NCBI RefSeq assembly: GCF_009914755.1
Contig: NC_060932.1
Direction: 5' to 3' (one strand)
DNA length: 64,000 bases
Source of the DNA: the human T2T-CHM13v2.0 reference genome, Homo sapiens
Made by a program: the position numbers and the translations under genes. The notes under the pieces were generated by a model that saw nothing but the letters and a program-made list of their open reading frames with translations, had not been told where the DNA came from and did not search any database. Of the stretch, positions 40,892-54,120 are shown one piece after another; position 1 is the first letter of the stretch; each line of letters opens with the position of its first letter.

Positions 40892-40995
40892 CAGACTTTA
40901 AAGACTAGAACATTTAAAAGTCACTGCATATATTGGAAAAGCAAGGACATCACATGCAATACGATCACAAGTTATACAATGAAACAGGAAAGTTT

Positions 40996-41033
<38 letters not shown>

Positions 41034-44000
41034 CATTCCCCAAGAAGAAATATATGGCAGACCTAGTATACAATGACTTTTAAATAGCTGTCTTAAAAGT
41101 GTCCAAAGAACTAAAGGAAAATGCAATGGAAGTCAAGACAATAATATATGAACAACATGTAAATATCAATAAAAGAAAAAGAAGAAACCAAAAAGAAATT
41201 ATAGTGTTAAAGAGCATAATAATTGCAATAATAAATTTACTAGAGGGATTCAAAGGCTGCTGTTAGCATACAGATAAAGAATTAGTGTACTTGATGATAG
41301 AACAGTTGAAATTATTGAGTCTAAGGAATATATGGGAAAAAAGATGTAGAAAAGTGAACAGAGTCTAAGAAACTTGTGGAATATCATCAAGCATAATTGA
41401 TGTGATGCACATCGAGGGAATTCCAGTAGGAAAAGAGAGAGATAAAGAGACATAGAGATTATTAAAGAAATAATGGCTCAAAACTTTCCAACTTTGATGA
41501 TAGACATAAATATCAAAGAAGCACACACACACAACAGAACAAAATTAGAAACAACGAAAGAAGGCCCACGCTGAAACATTATAATCAAAAGGGAAAACCT
41601 TGAAAACATAGAGAAATAAGTGACTCACCACATACAATTGACATTCAATAAGATTATAACAGATTTGTTTAATACAAACTTGGAAGGCCAGAAAGCAGTG
41701 GGCTAATATCTTTAAAGTGCTAACAGAAAAAAAAAATGTCAACCTAAAATGCTACTTTTGATAAAACCGTATTTTGAAAGTGATGGAAAAATTATGACAT
41801 TCCTGAACAAATTAAGGCTAATGTAGTTTATTACTACAGGATTTGTCCTGCAAAAAGTGCTAGAGTTCTACAGGTTGAAATAAAAGGATGTTAGACAGCA
41901 ATTCAAAGAAATATGAAGAATAAAACATAAGTAAAGGTAAATACATGGGTATGTATAAAAACTAGTATTACTTTAGCATAATTTGTAACTTCACCTTTTG
42001 TTTCCCACGTGATGTAAGAGATTAACATATTAAGTATAATTATTAGGCTAAAAGCTAGTATTAGTGTAACTTTGGTTTATAACTCTATATTTTGTTTTCT
42101 ACATAAGTTACTAATGCATTAAAAATAATTAATTTATGTTTCAAAACATGTTTAAGTTTTGTGACATGAATAATTGAAATTTGTGACATCAATAACTGAA
42201 AGGGGCAAGGATGGAACTGTAAAGGGCCAGATATTTTGTATGTTATAGGTAAGCTGGTATAAATCCAAATTAGAGTATTGCAACTTCTGGATTTTAATGT
42301 AGTCTTAATGTTAACCACAAAAAATAGTTATATGTAGCATATATACAAAAGCAAATGATAAGTGAATTGAAACCTTTCACTACAAAAAAATTAAGCGTAA
42401 AACAACACATTAATGCAGAAAAGGAGAAATAAAAAAGCTGTAAGACATATAGAAAACAAATACCAAACATGAAATAAGTAAATCTCTTATTATCAATCAT
42501 TACATTACATGCAAATGGATTAAACCTTCCAATTAAAAGACAGAAATTGGCAAGAAAAAAATTAAAAAAAAGGCCCAATTCTGTGCTATTTACAGGGACT
42601 TCCATTAGATAAAAAAACACAGGTTGAAAGTGAAAGAATAGAAAAAATATTCTGTTTTAATACTAACCAAAATGGAATGAGAGTAACTAGGCTAACATCA
42701 GAAGGAAAAAAAGCTTTTAATGAAAAAAGTATGCAATAGACAAAGAAGTCATTGCATATTAATTAATGGTTCAATAAGATAAGAATATATAATAATTATG
42801 AACATTCATATACACTCATGTATCTGATAATATATCATCAAAAAATGTGAAACAAAAATTGACAGAATTACTGTGAGAAAAATACTGTTGTATAATAGTA
42901 TTTGGAGATGTCAGCACCCCACTTTCAATAATAGGCCAGACAAAAGATAAGAAAATAATAGAGAATTTAAACAACATAGTAAACCAACTAGATCTAGCAG
43001 ACATATATAGAACACTCTACTCAAGAACAACAGAATATCCATTATTCTCAAGTGCATGTAAGTCATTTTCCAGGATAGACTATATGTTAGACCACAAATT
43101 AATTCTTAATATATTTAGATATATAGAGCTATATATATTATATAAAGTATAATTTCTAATCATAAAGGATAAAGTTAAAAATCAACAACAGAAGAAAAAC
43201 TGGAAAATTCACAAATTTAATATTAAATATTAAACAATACACCCTTAAACAACCAATGGATAAAAAAATTATGGGACATGTAGATATTACTACAATAGGG
43301 ATAAATGAGAATGGAAACACAACATACCAGAATTTATGGAATACAACAGAAGCAGTGCTGAGAGAGAAAACCATAATTATAAATGTTTACATTAACTTAC
43401 ATTTTAAAAGAGAGAACTCAAATCAAAAAAGAAACTAGAAGAAAAAATGAAACCCAAAGCTACCAGAAGAAAGTGAATAATAATGAATAAGCAGAGATAA
43501 ATGAAATAGAAAGTAGAAAACTACAGAGAAATTTTCTTTAAAGCTGCTTCTTCAAAAAGATAAATAGAATTTACAGCCATTTAAGAAGATTTACTAAGAA
43601 AAAATACTAAAATCAGAAATGACAGTGGGGACATTCCTACTGAATCTACAGAAATTAAATGGATTATATGAACAACTATCTACCAAAAAATCGGATAACC
43701 TAGATTAAATGGAAAAAATTACAGAAACACAAAACTTACCAATACTGAAATAAAAAATGAAAATTCTAAGTAGACTTATAGCTAGTAAGAAGATTGAATC
43801 AGTAATCAATAATTTTCTGACCAATAAAAGCCCTGGACCTATTACCTTCACTTGTGGGTTCTACCAAACATTTAAAGAATAACTAACTCTGCTTTCTCAA
43901 ACTTTTTCAGGAATTTCAAGACGTGGGAACGTAAACACTTTCTGACTCATTATATGAGGCCAGCACTGTCTTGATACCAAAGCCATAAAAAAATAGTACA

Positions 44001-44491
44001 CAGGGAAAAACAAACTAAGTAAACACCCCCCCAAAACTGCCGAACAATATACCTTATACTCATTGGTTAAAATATTCTTATCAAAATACTAGCAATCCAA
44101 ATTCATCAGTATATTAAAAAGATTATATATCATGATGAGTGGGATCTATTCTTGTAATGTAACGATGGTGCAAACTATGAAAATCAATTAACATAACACA
44201 TCACATTAACAGAATGAAGAACAAAATCCACATAATAATTCCACTGGTGCAGAGTAACCATTAGACAAAATTCAACGTCTCTTTCCAGGAAAAAAAAAAG
44301 GTTAATAAACTAGGAACAGTAGTAAGCTAACTCAACATAATAAAAATTATATATAAAAGCCAATAATCAAGATCACACTCAATGATGAAAGACTAAGAGC
44401 TTTTTCTCCAAGATCAGAAACGAGACAAGGCTACCTGATTTTACCACTTCTATTTAGCACAGTACTAGAAGCTCTAGCCAGAGCCAATAGT

Positions 44492-44566
44492 CAAAATAAA
44501 CAAATAAATAAATAAATAAAATAAAATAAAGAAAAAGAAAGAAAGAAAGAGAAAGAAAGAAAGAAA

Positions 44567-44614
<48 letters not shown>

Positions 44615-44625
44615 AACAAACAAAC
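44492..44625. repeat. (AAAT)n(AAAG)n(AAAC)n compound microsatellite inside L1
   Basis: Directly visible. Confidence 0.95.
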
Positions 44626-45319
44626 TGGAAAGGAATAAGAATTATCTCTATTCTCAGATAATATAATCTTATATGTAGAAAACCCTAAACATTCCACCAA
44701 AAAATCCCCTGTCAGAATAAATAAATTTAACAAAGTAGCAGGTTACACAGTCAAAATGCAAAATTAGTTGCATTTGTATACACTAATGATGAACAATTTG
44801 ACAAAGAAGTAAAGAAAGCAATTCCATTTACAATAGCATCAATAAGAATAAAATACTTAAGAATTAACGAAGATAGTGAAAGATCTGCACAATAAAAATT
44901 TTAAAACATTGCTAAAAGAAATTAAATACGACATAAACAAATGGAAAGATATTCCATGTCCATGGATTGGAAAACTTAATATTGTTAAAATTTCAATACT
45001 ACCCAAAGTGAACTACAGATTAATTGCAATCTCTGTCAAAATTCAAATGGTGTGGAATTTTTTGTGGAAATAGAAAAATCTATCCTAAAATTCATATTTA
45101 ATCTCAAGAGAATCCAAATAGCCCAAACAATTTTGAAAAAGAACAAAAGTTAAAGATCACACTTCTAGATTTTAAAATTTTTTTTCAAAGTTACAATAAT
45201 AAAAACAGCATTGTACTGGAATAAAGATAGATATATAGGTAAATAGAATAGATGGAGAGCAAGAAATAAACAATCACATATATGGTCAAATGACTTTTAT
45301 TTATTTTTTAATTTAACTC

Positions 45320-45453
45320 TTTTTTTTTTTTTTTTTTGAGACAGGTCTCACTCTGTTGCCTAGGCTGGAGTGCAGTGACGCAATCTTGGCTAACTGCAAC
45401 CTCCACCTCCTGGGCTCAGGGAATCCACTTATCTCAGCCTCCTCAGTTGCTGG
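45320..45453 (-). mobile_element. Truncated Alu (right arm, AluJ-like)
   Basis: Poly(T) GAGACAGGTCTCACTCTGTTGCCTAGGCTGGAGTGCAGTG...CTCAGCCTCCTCAGTTGCTGG, then L1 resumes. Confidence 0.9.
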
Positions 45454-46109
45454 CCACCACAATGGTGGGAATGTTGGTGAAAATGTAAACTGGTACAGCC
45501 CCTGTAGAAAACAGTATGGCAGCTCTTCATAAAGCAAAAATATAATTACCATATGATCCAGTCCTTCCACTTCTGGATATATACCCACAATAATTTAAAG
45601 CAGAATCTTGAAGAGTTATTAGTACAATCATGTTCATAGTAGCACTATTCACAATAACTAAAGGATGGAAACAACCCAAGTGTGGACAGATGGATGGATA
45701 AGCAAAATGTTGTATACACATACAGTGGAATGTTATTCCTCCTCAAAGGTAAGGATTCTTTGACATATGTTACTACATGAATGAACTTTGAGGATATTAT
45801 GCTAAGTGAAATAAGCCAGTCATGAAAGTTCAGATACCGTATGTTTTCACTTTATGAGGGCACCCAGAGTAGTCAAAAGTTATAGAAACAAATAGTAGAG
45901 TGGTCATCGCCAGTGGCTGTTGGGAGAGGAATGGGATTTATTGTCTAATAGGTATGCAGTTTCAGTTTTATGAGATGAAGAGTACTGGAGAAGGATGGTG
46001 GCAATGATGCACAACAATGTGATTGTACTAAATTCCAATGAACTATACTATTAAAAATGATTAGGACAGTAAATTTTATGTATATTTTATCACATAAAAA
46101 TTTGAAAAT

Positions 46110-47175
46110 ATTTTCCATAAAAATGCAAATTGTCAAGCATAGCCAAGAAAATCTGAAAAAAAGAAGAAAGCTAGAGACACCACCAGACGAATTTAAAGCT
46201 GTAATAATTAAAGAATGAGATACCTGTGCAAACAAAGAAATAGATCAATGGAAGGAAATACAGAGTTCAGAAACAGACTTTATATATACATCGATATGTT
46301 TTATGAGAAAAGTGATGCTGCAATACATTAGAAAGAAGGTAATTATTTCAATAATAACCTGTGCTGATTGTTTTCTATATGGGGACAAAACATATCAAAC
46401 CCCTATCTCACACCATACACAAAAATAAATTCCAAATAGATTGTGTATTAAGCGTAAACCTTACATAATAAAGTTTTTAGTAAGCAACTGGAAACATATC
46501 TTCCTAAGTCCTTGAGAAGACAGATATCTTAAAATCGACAAGATGTTGTAAATATACAATTTTTTAAAATGGGTAAATCGATCTATTTTATAATTTACAA
46601 CTTACACTCATCAAATGTCAATGAAGAATTTATTATAATTTACAACTTTTACTTACCAAATGTCAATGAAGAGAGAATTGGGGATAGTTTCTTCTCCAAT
46701 CACATTTATCTGAGAAAGGAACAAACAAAGGACTCCCGCAAATTTGTAAGAGAAACATAGATAACCCAATAGAAAAATAAAGACTTTAACAGACACTTCC
46801 TGAAATGATATTCAAATCCCCATATTAACATATAAAATAGATGCCCAACTTCATTAACCATTTTACAAATGAAAGTTAAAGTTATATTGAAATACTAATG
46901 TAAACCAACTAGAATCACTAAACTGCAAAACGTGGAACAATTCAAGTATTGTTGAAAACGTACAGCAGCTGGTACGCATTTTTAAAAACTCTGAGCATCT
47001 GCTAAAATTGAACATATACAGAGTCGATGATTCAAAATTTCCCCTATAAGGTATAGTACCAACAGAATATATTCATATTTTCAGTAAAAAACGTGTATCA
47101 AAGTATGCATAGAAGCCAATTCACAGAGTTGTATACCTTTCTGTATTTATATTATTATTCAATAATAAATAAAAT
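46110..47175 (+). mobile_element. Very old L1 (L1MD/ME-type) ORF2 3' and 3' UTR fragment
   Basis: ATAGCCAAGAAAATCTGAAAAA, ATAGATCAATGGAA, CCCTATCTCACACCATACACAAAAATAAATTCCAAATAGATT. Confidence 0.7.
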
Positions 47176-47867
47176 TCTCTGGTGAAACTCCAGAATGTTC
47201 TAACTTGTGAATACATCTTGCATGAGCCTTACTTTTCTGACCGTCTCTTAATCCTTTAGACACATCTCCTGTCTCTTCTTTTCCCCATCTTATTATTCTG
47301 TATTCGTGGAATTCTATACTTTAGCAATAGTGAATTTCTTATATTTCCCCAAATGAATTATGCTGTAGTATTTGCTAAGTTATATTTACAGGCTCAACTT
47401 TTCCTATTACTCTTCACACTTTCATTCCACCTCATCTTTCTAACTGCTGTCTTCCAAATTCATTATTTGCTTTAATATTTTAACCTGCCTCTTCTGATAA
47501 ATTTTCCTTCACATCTTTTCACACTGTCTCACTCAAATATAAGCATGTACTGTTCCTATGCCTATCTCTGTCACCTTTTGTACATAAATACCACAACACT
47601 CATCATGGCTTAGTGTCTCATCATTTATGTGTACAAGTATTTTCTATCAGAACATAAATCAATTGAGGGAATGTTGGGGGAAGGGTTCATGGACACATGT
47701 ATTTATTTTTGGACCACCAGTCCATTGTCCTATATCTGTTAAAAATAGTTATTAAATAGATATTTGCTCAATGAGCAAGTGAATTATTAAAAGATGCATT
47801 TCCTTAACTAAGGAATAGAATTGGCTGTTTCAATATAGTTTTTACTCTGTCTAGGAAATGTATGAAT

Positions 47868-48171
47868 CTTTTTTTTTTTTTCGAGATGGAGTCTCACTCT
47901 GTTGCCCAGGCTGGAGTGGGATGGCATGATCTTGGCCCCCTGAAACCTTCGCCTTCTGGGTTCAAGCGATTCTCCTGCCTCAGCCTCCCAAGTAGCTGGG
48001 GTTATAAGCCCGTGCCACCACACCCAGCTAATTTTTGTATTTTTTTTTTTTTAGTAGAGATGGGGTTTCACCATGTTGGCCAGGCTGATCTCGAATTACT
48101 GGCCTCAGGTGATCCACCCTCCTCTGCCTCCCAAAGTGCTGGGATTACAGGTGTGAGCCGCCATGCCCGGC
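47868..48171 (-). mobile_element. Full-length AluS
   Basis: Poly(T) GAGATGGAGTCTCACTC...GTGAGCCGCCATGCCCGGC; degenerate TSD GGAAATGTATGAATCTT / GGAAGTGCATGAATCTT. Confidence 0.95.
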
Positions 48172-48244
48172 GGGAAGTGCATGAATCTTATCCTTCGATT
48201 CAAAACAATGATCCAGAATTAAATTAGAACAACAATTTCAATAT

Positions 48245-48632
48245 GCTGCTCAGAGACTCCTGGGGGTCTGTAAGGCTAAAACAATTCTCATAATAATACT
48301 AAGACATCATTGCCTTTTTTTATTCTCATTATTTCACAAGTAGAGTTTTCCAGATTGTATACCTCCTGAGATTTGTAAAAATGTGAAATAATGCCAATTT
48401 TATCCTTGATATTTTTGTCCTTGAAAATATGGTCATTTTTATGAAACTACATTATTTAGACTTATATGTAATAGACTTCTTATTTTTAATTGAATTAACT
48501 TTTAAAAATTGATCTATTTTATAATTTACTAAAGCTGTTTTAATTTCAATGGAGAAAATATTAATAAAACCCACAAAAACTAAAGTAGGATCTTCAACAA
48601 AAGTGTAATAAAGTTCTTAGATTGCTAATCTA
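48245..48632. mobile_element. hAT-Charlie DNA transposon fragment (MER119/Charlie-like)
   Basis: GGGGGTCTGTAAGGCTAAAACAATTCTCATAATAATACTAAGACAT and GAGATTTGTAAAAATGTGAAATAATGCCA blocks. Confidence 0.55.
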
Positions 48633-49547
48633 GAAAATTCAATTAACACTCAGGGCTCTGATTTGATGTACTTCAGTAATATGAAGTTTAGTGATAACTT
48701 TCTGTAAATATGTCCATTGTGTTACTTGGAAGGGAAAAGGTAGACACTTTCCTGGGGAGATATTTACTTTACAATAATAATTTTTAAAAATACTACTGAA
48801 CAAAATAATACTTTCAAACACAAAGAAACATGGAAATAAGTTTACATTATCCTCTAGAAAGTGCATTTACAGCTATATAACACAAAATGATTTTGTCCTC
48901 TGTTTTTCCCTAATTTTGTTGATAATTTGAATATGCATAAGAACAATATTGGTTATGCTATTTTACACGAGCTGCTCTGAAGTGTGCTGAAGATATGTTT
49001 TATGTGCTACATGCATGGAAATTGTCATTTTTTGTCTTTCAAGTTAACCGTGCTGTATCTGTAAAGCCCTTTGAACTTTCATGTGAAGGTATTTTTCTAT
49101 TCTGTTAAATATAGAAAAAGAATTTCACAGTTCTGTTTACACACAATAATACAAATTGACCATTATTTTCTGAGTATTTTGAGAATTACCCAATTTAATG
49201 TTAGTTATTCCTGTTTCAATGATTACTAGCTCTTTGATTCTATAATCATAAAATATAGTACACTTTAATATTGATTTCTTGCCAAGGTGAATAATAAAAT
49301 CTCATTTTTAGAGTTATGTTTTAAGTAATTATATTATTCTGAACCACAACTTGTGTTTATACATTAAGGCTGAACAGTCTAGTAATTTCATGACATATTT
49401 TTCCACTTTATCATAAATTTTGGGAAAAATTATCCTTATTTATTAAATTTTCTACCTTCCAGTATACTCTTTAGTTTAAGTAGCATAACAGCTTATTTCC
49501 TTTTGACATTTATATAGTAGATTTGAATTTTAAAATTATTCAGGTTT

Positions 49548-49783
49548 GTGGGAATTGAACAATGAGAACACATGGACACAGGAAGGGGAACATCACACAT
49601 CGGGGCCTGTTGTGGGGTGGGGGAGGGGGGAGGGATAGCATTAGGAGATATACCTAACGTTAATGACGAGTTAATGGGTGCAGCACACCAACATGGCACA
49701 TGTATACATATGTAACAAACCTGCATGTTGTGCACATATACCCTAAAACTTAAAGTATATAAAAATAAATAAATAAATAAATA
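49548..49783 (+). mobile_element. 5'-truncated L1PA (PA4/5-like) 3' end
   Basis: GTGGGAATTGAACAATGAGAACACATGGACACAGG...TAAAACTTAAAGTAT plus (AAAT)n; 16-bp TSD AAAATTAT(T/G)CAGGTTT at 49532-49547 and 49784-49799. Confidence 0.93.
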
Positions 49784-50319
49784 AAAATTATGCAGGTTTC
49801 AAAGACAGAGCAAGAATAAATGCAGAAGAAATTATACAAATTTGTCTGTTGAACTTTGAATCCTGTGTTGTATTTTTCAAATATTATTTTTAGATTTAAT
49901 AATAAAAATTTCTAAAGCATATCAAAGTAGGAATAATGATACAATGAGTTTTACATGTCCTTTCCCCAATTTAACATTTACGAAAATTCTGCCACATTGT
50001 CTTCCATAATTTTCTTTGTCTTTTCTTCTTTGTTGGAGTTTGTACAATCAGAACTTAAAAAAAGTTAATGCCCATAAAAATTACTTGAGGATTCTCTTAG
50101 AATGAAAATTATGATTCAATATATCTGTGGTGGATATTGAGATTCTGCATTTCTAATAAGTCTACAAGTAGGGCTGATACTACTGGTCTAAAAACCATAT
50201 TTTAACATATTTATAAAACATACATCAGATAATATGCTTTGTCACCTCTACCTAGTTCACTATGCATCTCTAAAAATGTGTACATTTTCTTACACAACCA
50301 CGTGCTATTCACACACTAG

Positions 50320-50590
50320 TAAATTAACACAAGAACAGAAAACCAAATACTGCATGTTCTCACTTATACGTGGGAGCTAAGTGATGGCAACACATGGACA
50401 CACAGAGGGAAAAAGCACACACTGAGGCCTTTCAGAGGGTGGAGGGTGGGAGGAGAGAGACGATCAGGAAAAATAACTAATGGGCACCTGAGTGATGAAA
50501 TAATCTGTACAACAAACCCCAATGACATAAACTTACCTATGTAAGAAACCTGCACTTGTACCCCAAACTTAAAACAAAAGCTTAAAAAAA
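50320..50590 (+). mobile_element. Older L1PA (PA13-16-like) 3' fragment
   Basis: ACAGAAAACCAAATACTGCATGTTCTCACTTATA...GAGGGTGGAGGGTGGGAGGAG...GATGAAATAATCTGTACAACAAACCCC. Confidence 0.85.
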
Positions 50591-50879
50591 CCCTAAAAAT
50601 AATTCTTTAGTATCATCTAATTCCAAGCCCATAATCATATTCACCCAATTATGTTAATAATTTAGTTTTCTCAATTTGTTCAAACTAAACTTAGGACAAC
50701 ACAACACACAATTTGTTTTGCTTCTTGAATTCTTCTTGATATAGGGCAGTCTCTCCATTCATTTTACCTAATTCTGAAATCCACTGACTGGTGGCAGTCA
50801 TCCTACGGAATAGAACTCATAGTGTTGGTATTTTCATGACTTCCTTTATCAACTTTCTGTTCTCGAAAGTTCAGTTTTT

Positions 50880-51266
<387 letters not shown>

Positions 51267-53178
51267 TTACCCATATTCAAAGTAATAAGTTGATTCTCTG
51301 TTTTCTTCTAAAGGTGACCAACCAGGATTTTGTTGCTATTGTTGTTTCTTAATAGCAATAATAAACTCCATGAATTTAAACAAGTTTGATATGTTTCAAT
51401 TTAATGTATTTATTTATTTTTTAGAATTATTATTCCATACTGATGCATTTATTTTTAATGATACTTAAATTGTGCTTTATCCATTTTCAATTTATAGAAA
51501 TTAGCTTTTTGAATCTTTTTGACAAAACAATAGTAATTTTAGATGGATTCCTTACTTTGTTGTAATAATGAGTAAAGAAAGCTGGATCTTTGGGGAAAAA
51601 CATTGTATAAAATATATATTTTTAATTTCTATATTTTTGCATGCCATGGGGTGATGTGGAAAGCATGTTTAAGTAATTGTATTCAATAAAAGAAACAAAA
51701 GGAAAAATGGTGCAGTATCTTTAATTTATCAGTTTACATGAGATTCTTTCTGGCAGTTGCCTTTGGATAACAGCTTGCAGTTCTTCTACCCAATAACATT
51801 CTAATGTTTCACTTACGAGCTATATACCAAATTCTCACTTCCATATAGGTCAAGTTTCATGGGACATATGCTTCAGTGGCTCTATCTGTAATTTTTTTTT
51901 TACTAAACTCAACTTGGTAACAAAGCCATTGACTGTATGATAAACTGTTTTCACTCAATAGTATACCAAAGAAGCTGATTTTTCTAATAATTAAACCGGG
52001 CTACTTAGGTACAATGGCTTCCAATGAGCTTAAAGCAACTTCATAAAATATTCTAACACACCTTACCATGTGATATATAAGGTTCCTATTTTATTAAAAC
52101 AAATACGTTTATCTATTCCTCATTTTCTCTTCAGGCAGGGAAAGTTTTTCTCCTGAAGGAAATTTTGACTAGCTTTAATAGTTGTACATATTTAGTAAAA
52201 TATATACAATTTAGTGCCTTAGAAATCATTTGTCAAATGGAAGTTCAAACCTAAGGAGACTTTTAAAATGGAAAACATTGTTAATACAATACACTGTGTC
52301 TACATTATAGGTATCAATTATATCATAATGGGAATCATTAAAATAAAGTGGAAATATTGCATCTGCTATAAAATAATCAATTCTAGTTTGTTTTTCTTAT
52401 ATTTCCACTGGAAAGACTTCCTTTTAAGAAATATTTCTCAAAAAAGCAAAATAGCTTAAAGATGTACTGAGAGGTTATTGTTCAAGTTGCTCCACTAAAG
52501 TGCTGAAATAAGAAATAAGAAAAGCAAGATAACATAATAATAAGTATATATCTAAGTCGATCATTTAGCTGAACACCCACGACATATGCCTCTGCACTGT
52601 TTTAAGTGCATTTGATAAAATAAACGATTAGAACTGAGTTCTTCCCTTATATACTTTACTATTAATACATTAGTCTGCTGTTTTCATCCTTTCAACCTAT
52701 TTTCAGTGCAAATAAACTCTGAGATTTTATCTCCAGTTGAGTGATGCTTGGTTTCTTCTAGGGGAAGAAACAGCTGAAACCTCTTTACGTTTACAGTTGT
52801 TATCCAAGAAATGATTTTTCAATAGAGAAAATATGGTTGATCATTGTAGGAGAATTGCCATTGACACGGCTAGTAATTAGTCTCAAATTATCTCCAGCTT
52901 AGCTAACAGTCACACCTCATGAAACCAAAAATGGGAGTCTTAGACAACAATCCAGGCAGAAGATTATTAAGATTCCCACTGTGACATGCTACGTGAAACC
53001 TTGTAGATTCACATTAGTCATCTTTTTTTTTCTGGATTTTACACTGTGGAAGGTAACAACTCATTTTGCAAACTCACAGCTGTTACACACTTATGACTTG
53101 AGTGGTTGCTGCATATTTCCATTAAAGAATTGCACTGCGAGTTTTCTAATATGCTTCATTAATAAAGGTCAAACAACC

Positions 53179-53363
53179 TTCTGGGGTTTAAGGACCCTTT
53201 AGAGTATTCCTATTGGTTATACCCTATGTTAATTGAAGACTTGGCCCACGACCAATCAGAGGCTGAAGTGAGGTTGCACACTATTCAAATAAAGACTTGT
53301 CCCATGACCAATTGGAGGCTGAAGTGAAGGCTCCTTGTCTCCAGATCTTATTCTCCTGCATCA
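53179..53363 (-). mobile_element. MER51/MER61-family 3' LTR (U3 only; R/U5 deleted)
   Basis: Aligns with 58305-58522 (GAAGACTTGGCCC..ACCAATCAGAGGCTGAAGTG..TGTCTCCAGA..TATTCTCCT). Purine tract on the minus strand at 53364-53375. Confidence 0.85.
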
Positions 53364-53789
53364 TTTCCTCCTGAGAGATGTGATCCCCATAAATCTTTAT
53401 GGGAGGCAGAGTGACTAACTGTTTTTCTTCTGTAACTGCTTCATTCTAATTGGGGAGCAGTTCCTACCTACTGGGGACAATGGTACTCTTTCTACTGGGG
53501 ACAAGGTGACTTCTTGAGGGCCAGGGCTGGCATCATCACCTGAAACTGGCTGAAAGACCTACTGCATGATCATTTGAAGCCTAATGGTTTTTAGGTGAGA
53601 AGAAATAAATCTGGTTAAAAGATTTAACATGGTCCAAAAATTAATGCAAGTATAATTATTAAAAATGGGCTGGCTAGGGGAAGAAGACATGAAGCTCAAC
53701 TAAGTGCCCTTTACCAGGAGCCCCATAACTCAGACAGCTGTGTTTATATTTTAGAGGCCTGGTGAGTGATTTTCATGTGACAGTTTTTA

Positions 53790-54120
53790 CTAATCCTGAT
53801 GGTTGACATAAAAACAACATTCTTCTTCTAGGAAAAGATATAAGCCACTTTTTTTTTTTTAGCAGTTAGGAGATCCAGTTCCCTTCTATTTTGTAAAGCA
53901 ACTATTGCCAAAGAGTCGATCTGATTTCGTAAGGTGACAATATTTTGGGCAATGTCTTCCAAGCTGTCTGAGATATCCTTGGACAAGTGTTGGTAACAGG
54001 GTAGGGAAACTGCAAGCCCACTAACTCCTGATCCTACTCATGCAGTTAATCCTAGCCCTACCAAAATGGGTATGAGTTAGATGGCTCTTTTGTGCCTGGT
54101 GTTTGCAGTAGAGACTGGCT
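53790..54120 (-). pseudogene. Degenerate gammaretroviral env SU/TM junction and TM ectodomain
   Basis: Furin site RHKR (54086-54097), fusion peptide AI*LIPILVGLGLTA*VGSG, heptad, ISD LQNRRELDLLTA, then after an A-run frameshift LFLEEECCFYVN. Confidence 0.85.

Larger units (their letters stand above)
40892..46105 (+). mobile_element. Long old L1 (L1MA/L1MB-type): ORF1, ORF2 and 3' UTR remnants
   Basis: ORF1-like A-rich region 41070-41930; endonuclease start IITLHANGLNLPIKRQ ~42495; degenerate FADD region (CTATTCTCAGATAATATAATC ~44648); [25 protein letters not shown]; L1MB-like 3' end. Interrupted by (AAAG)n and an Alu piece. Confidence 0.9.
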
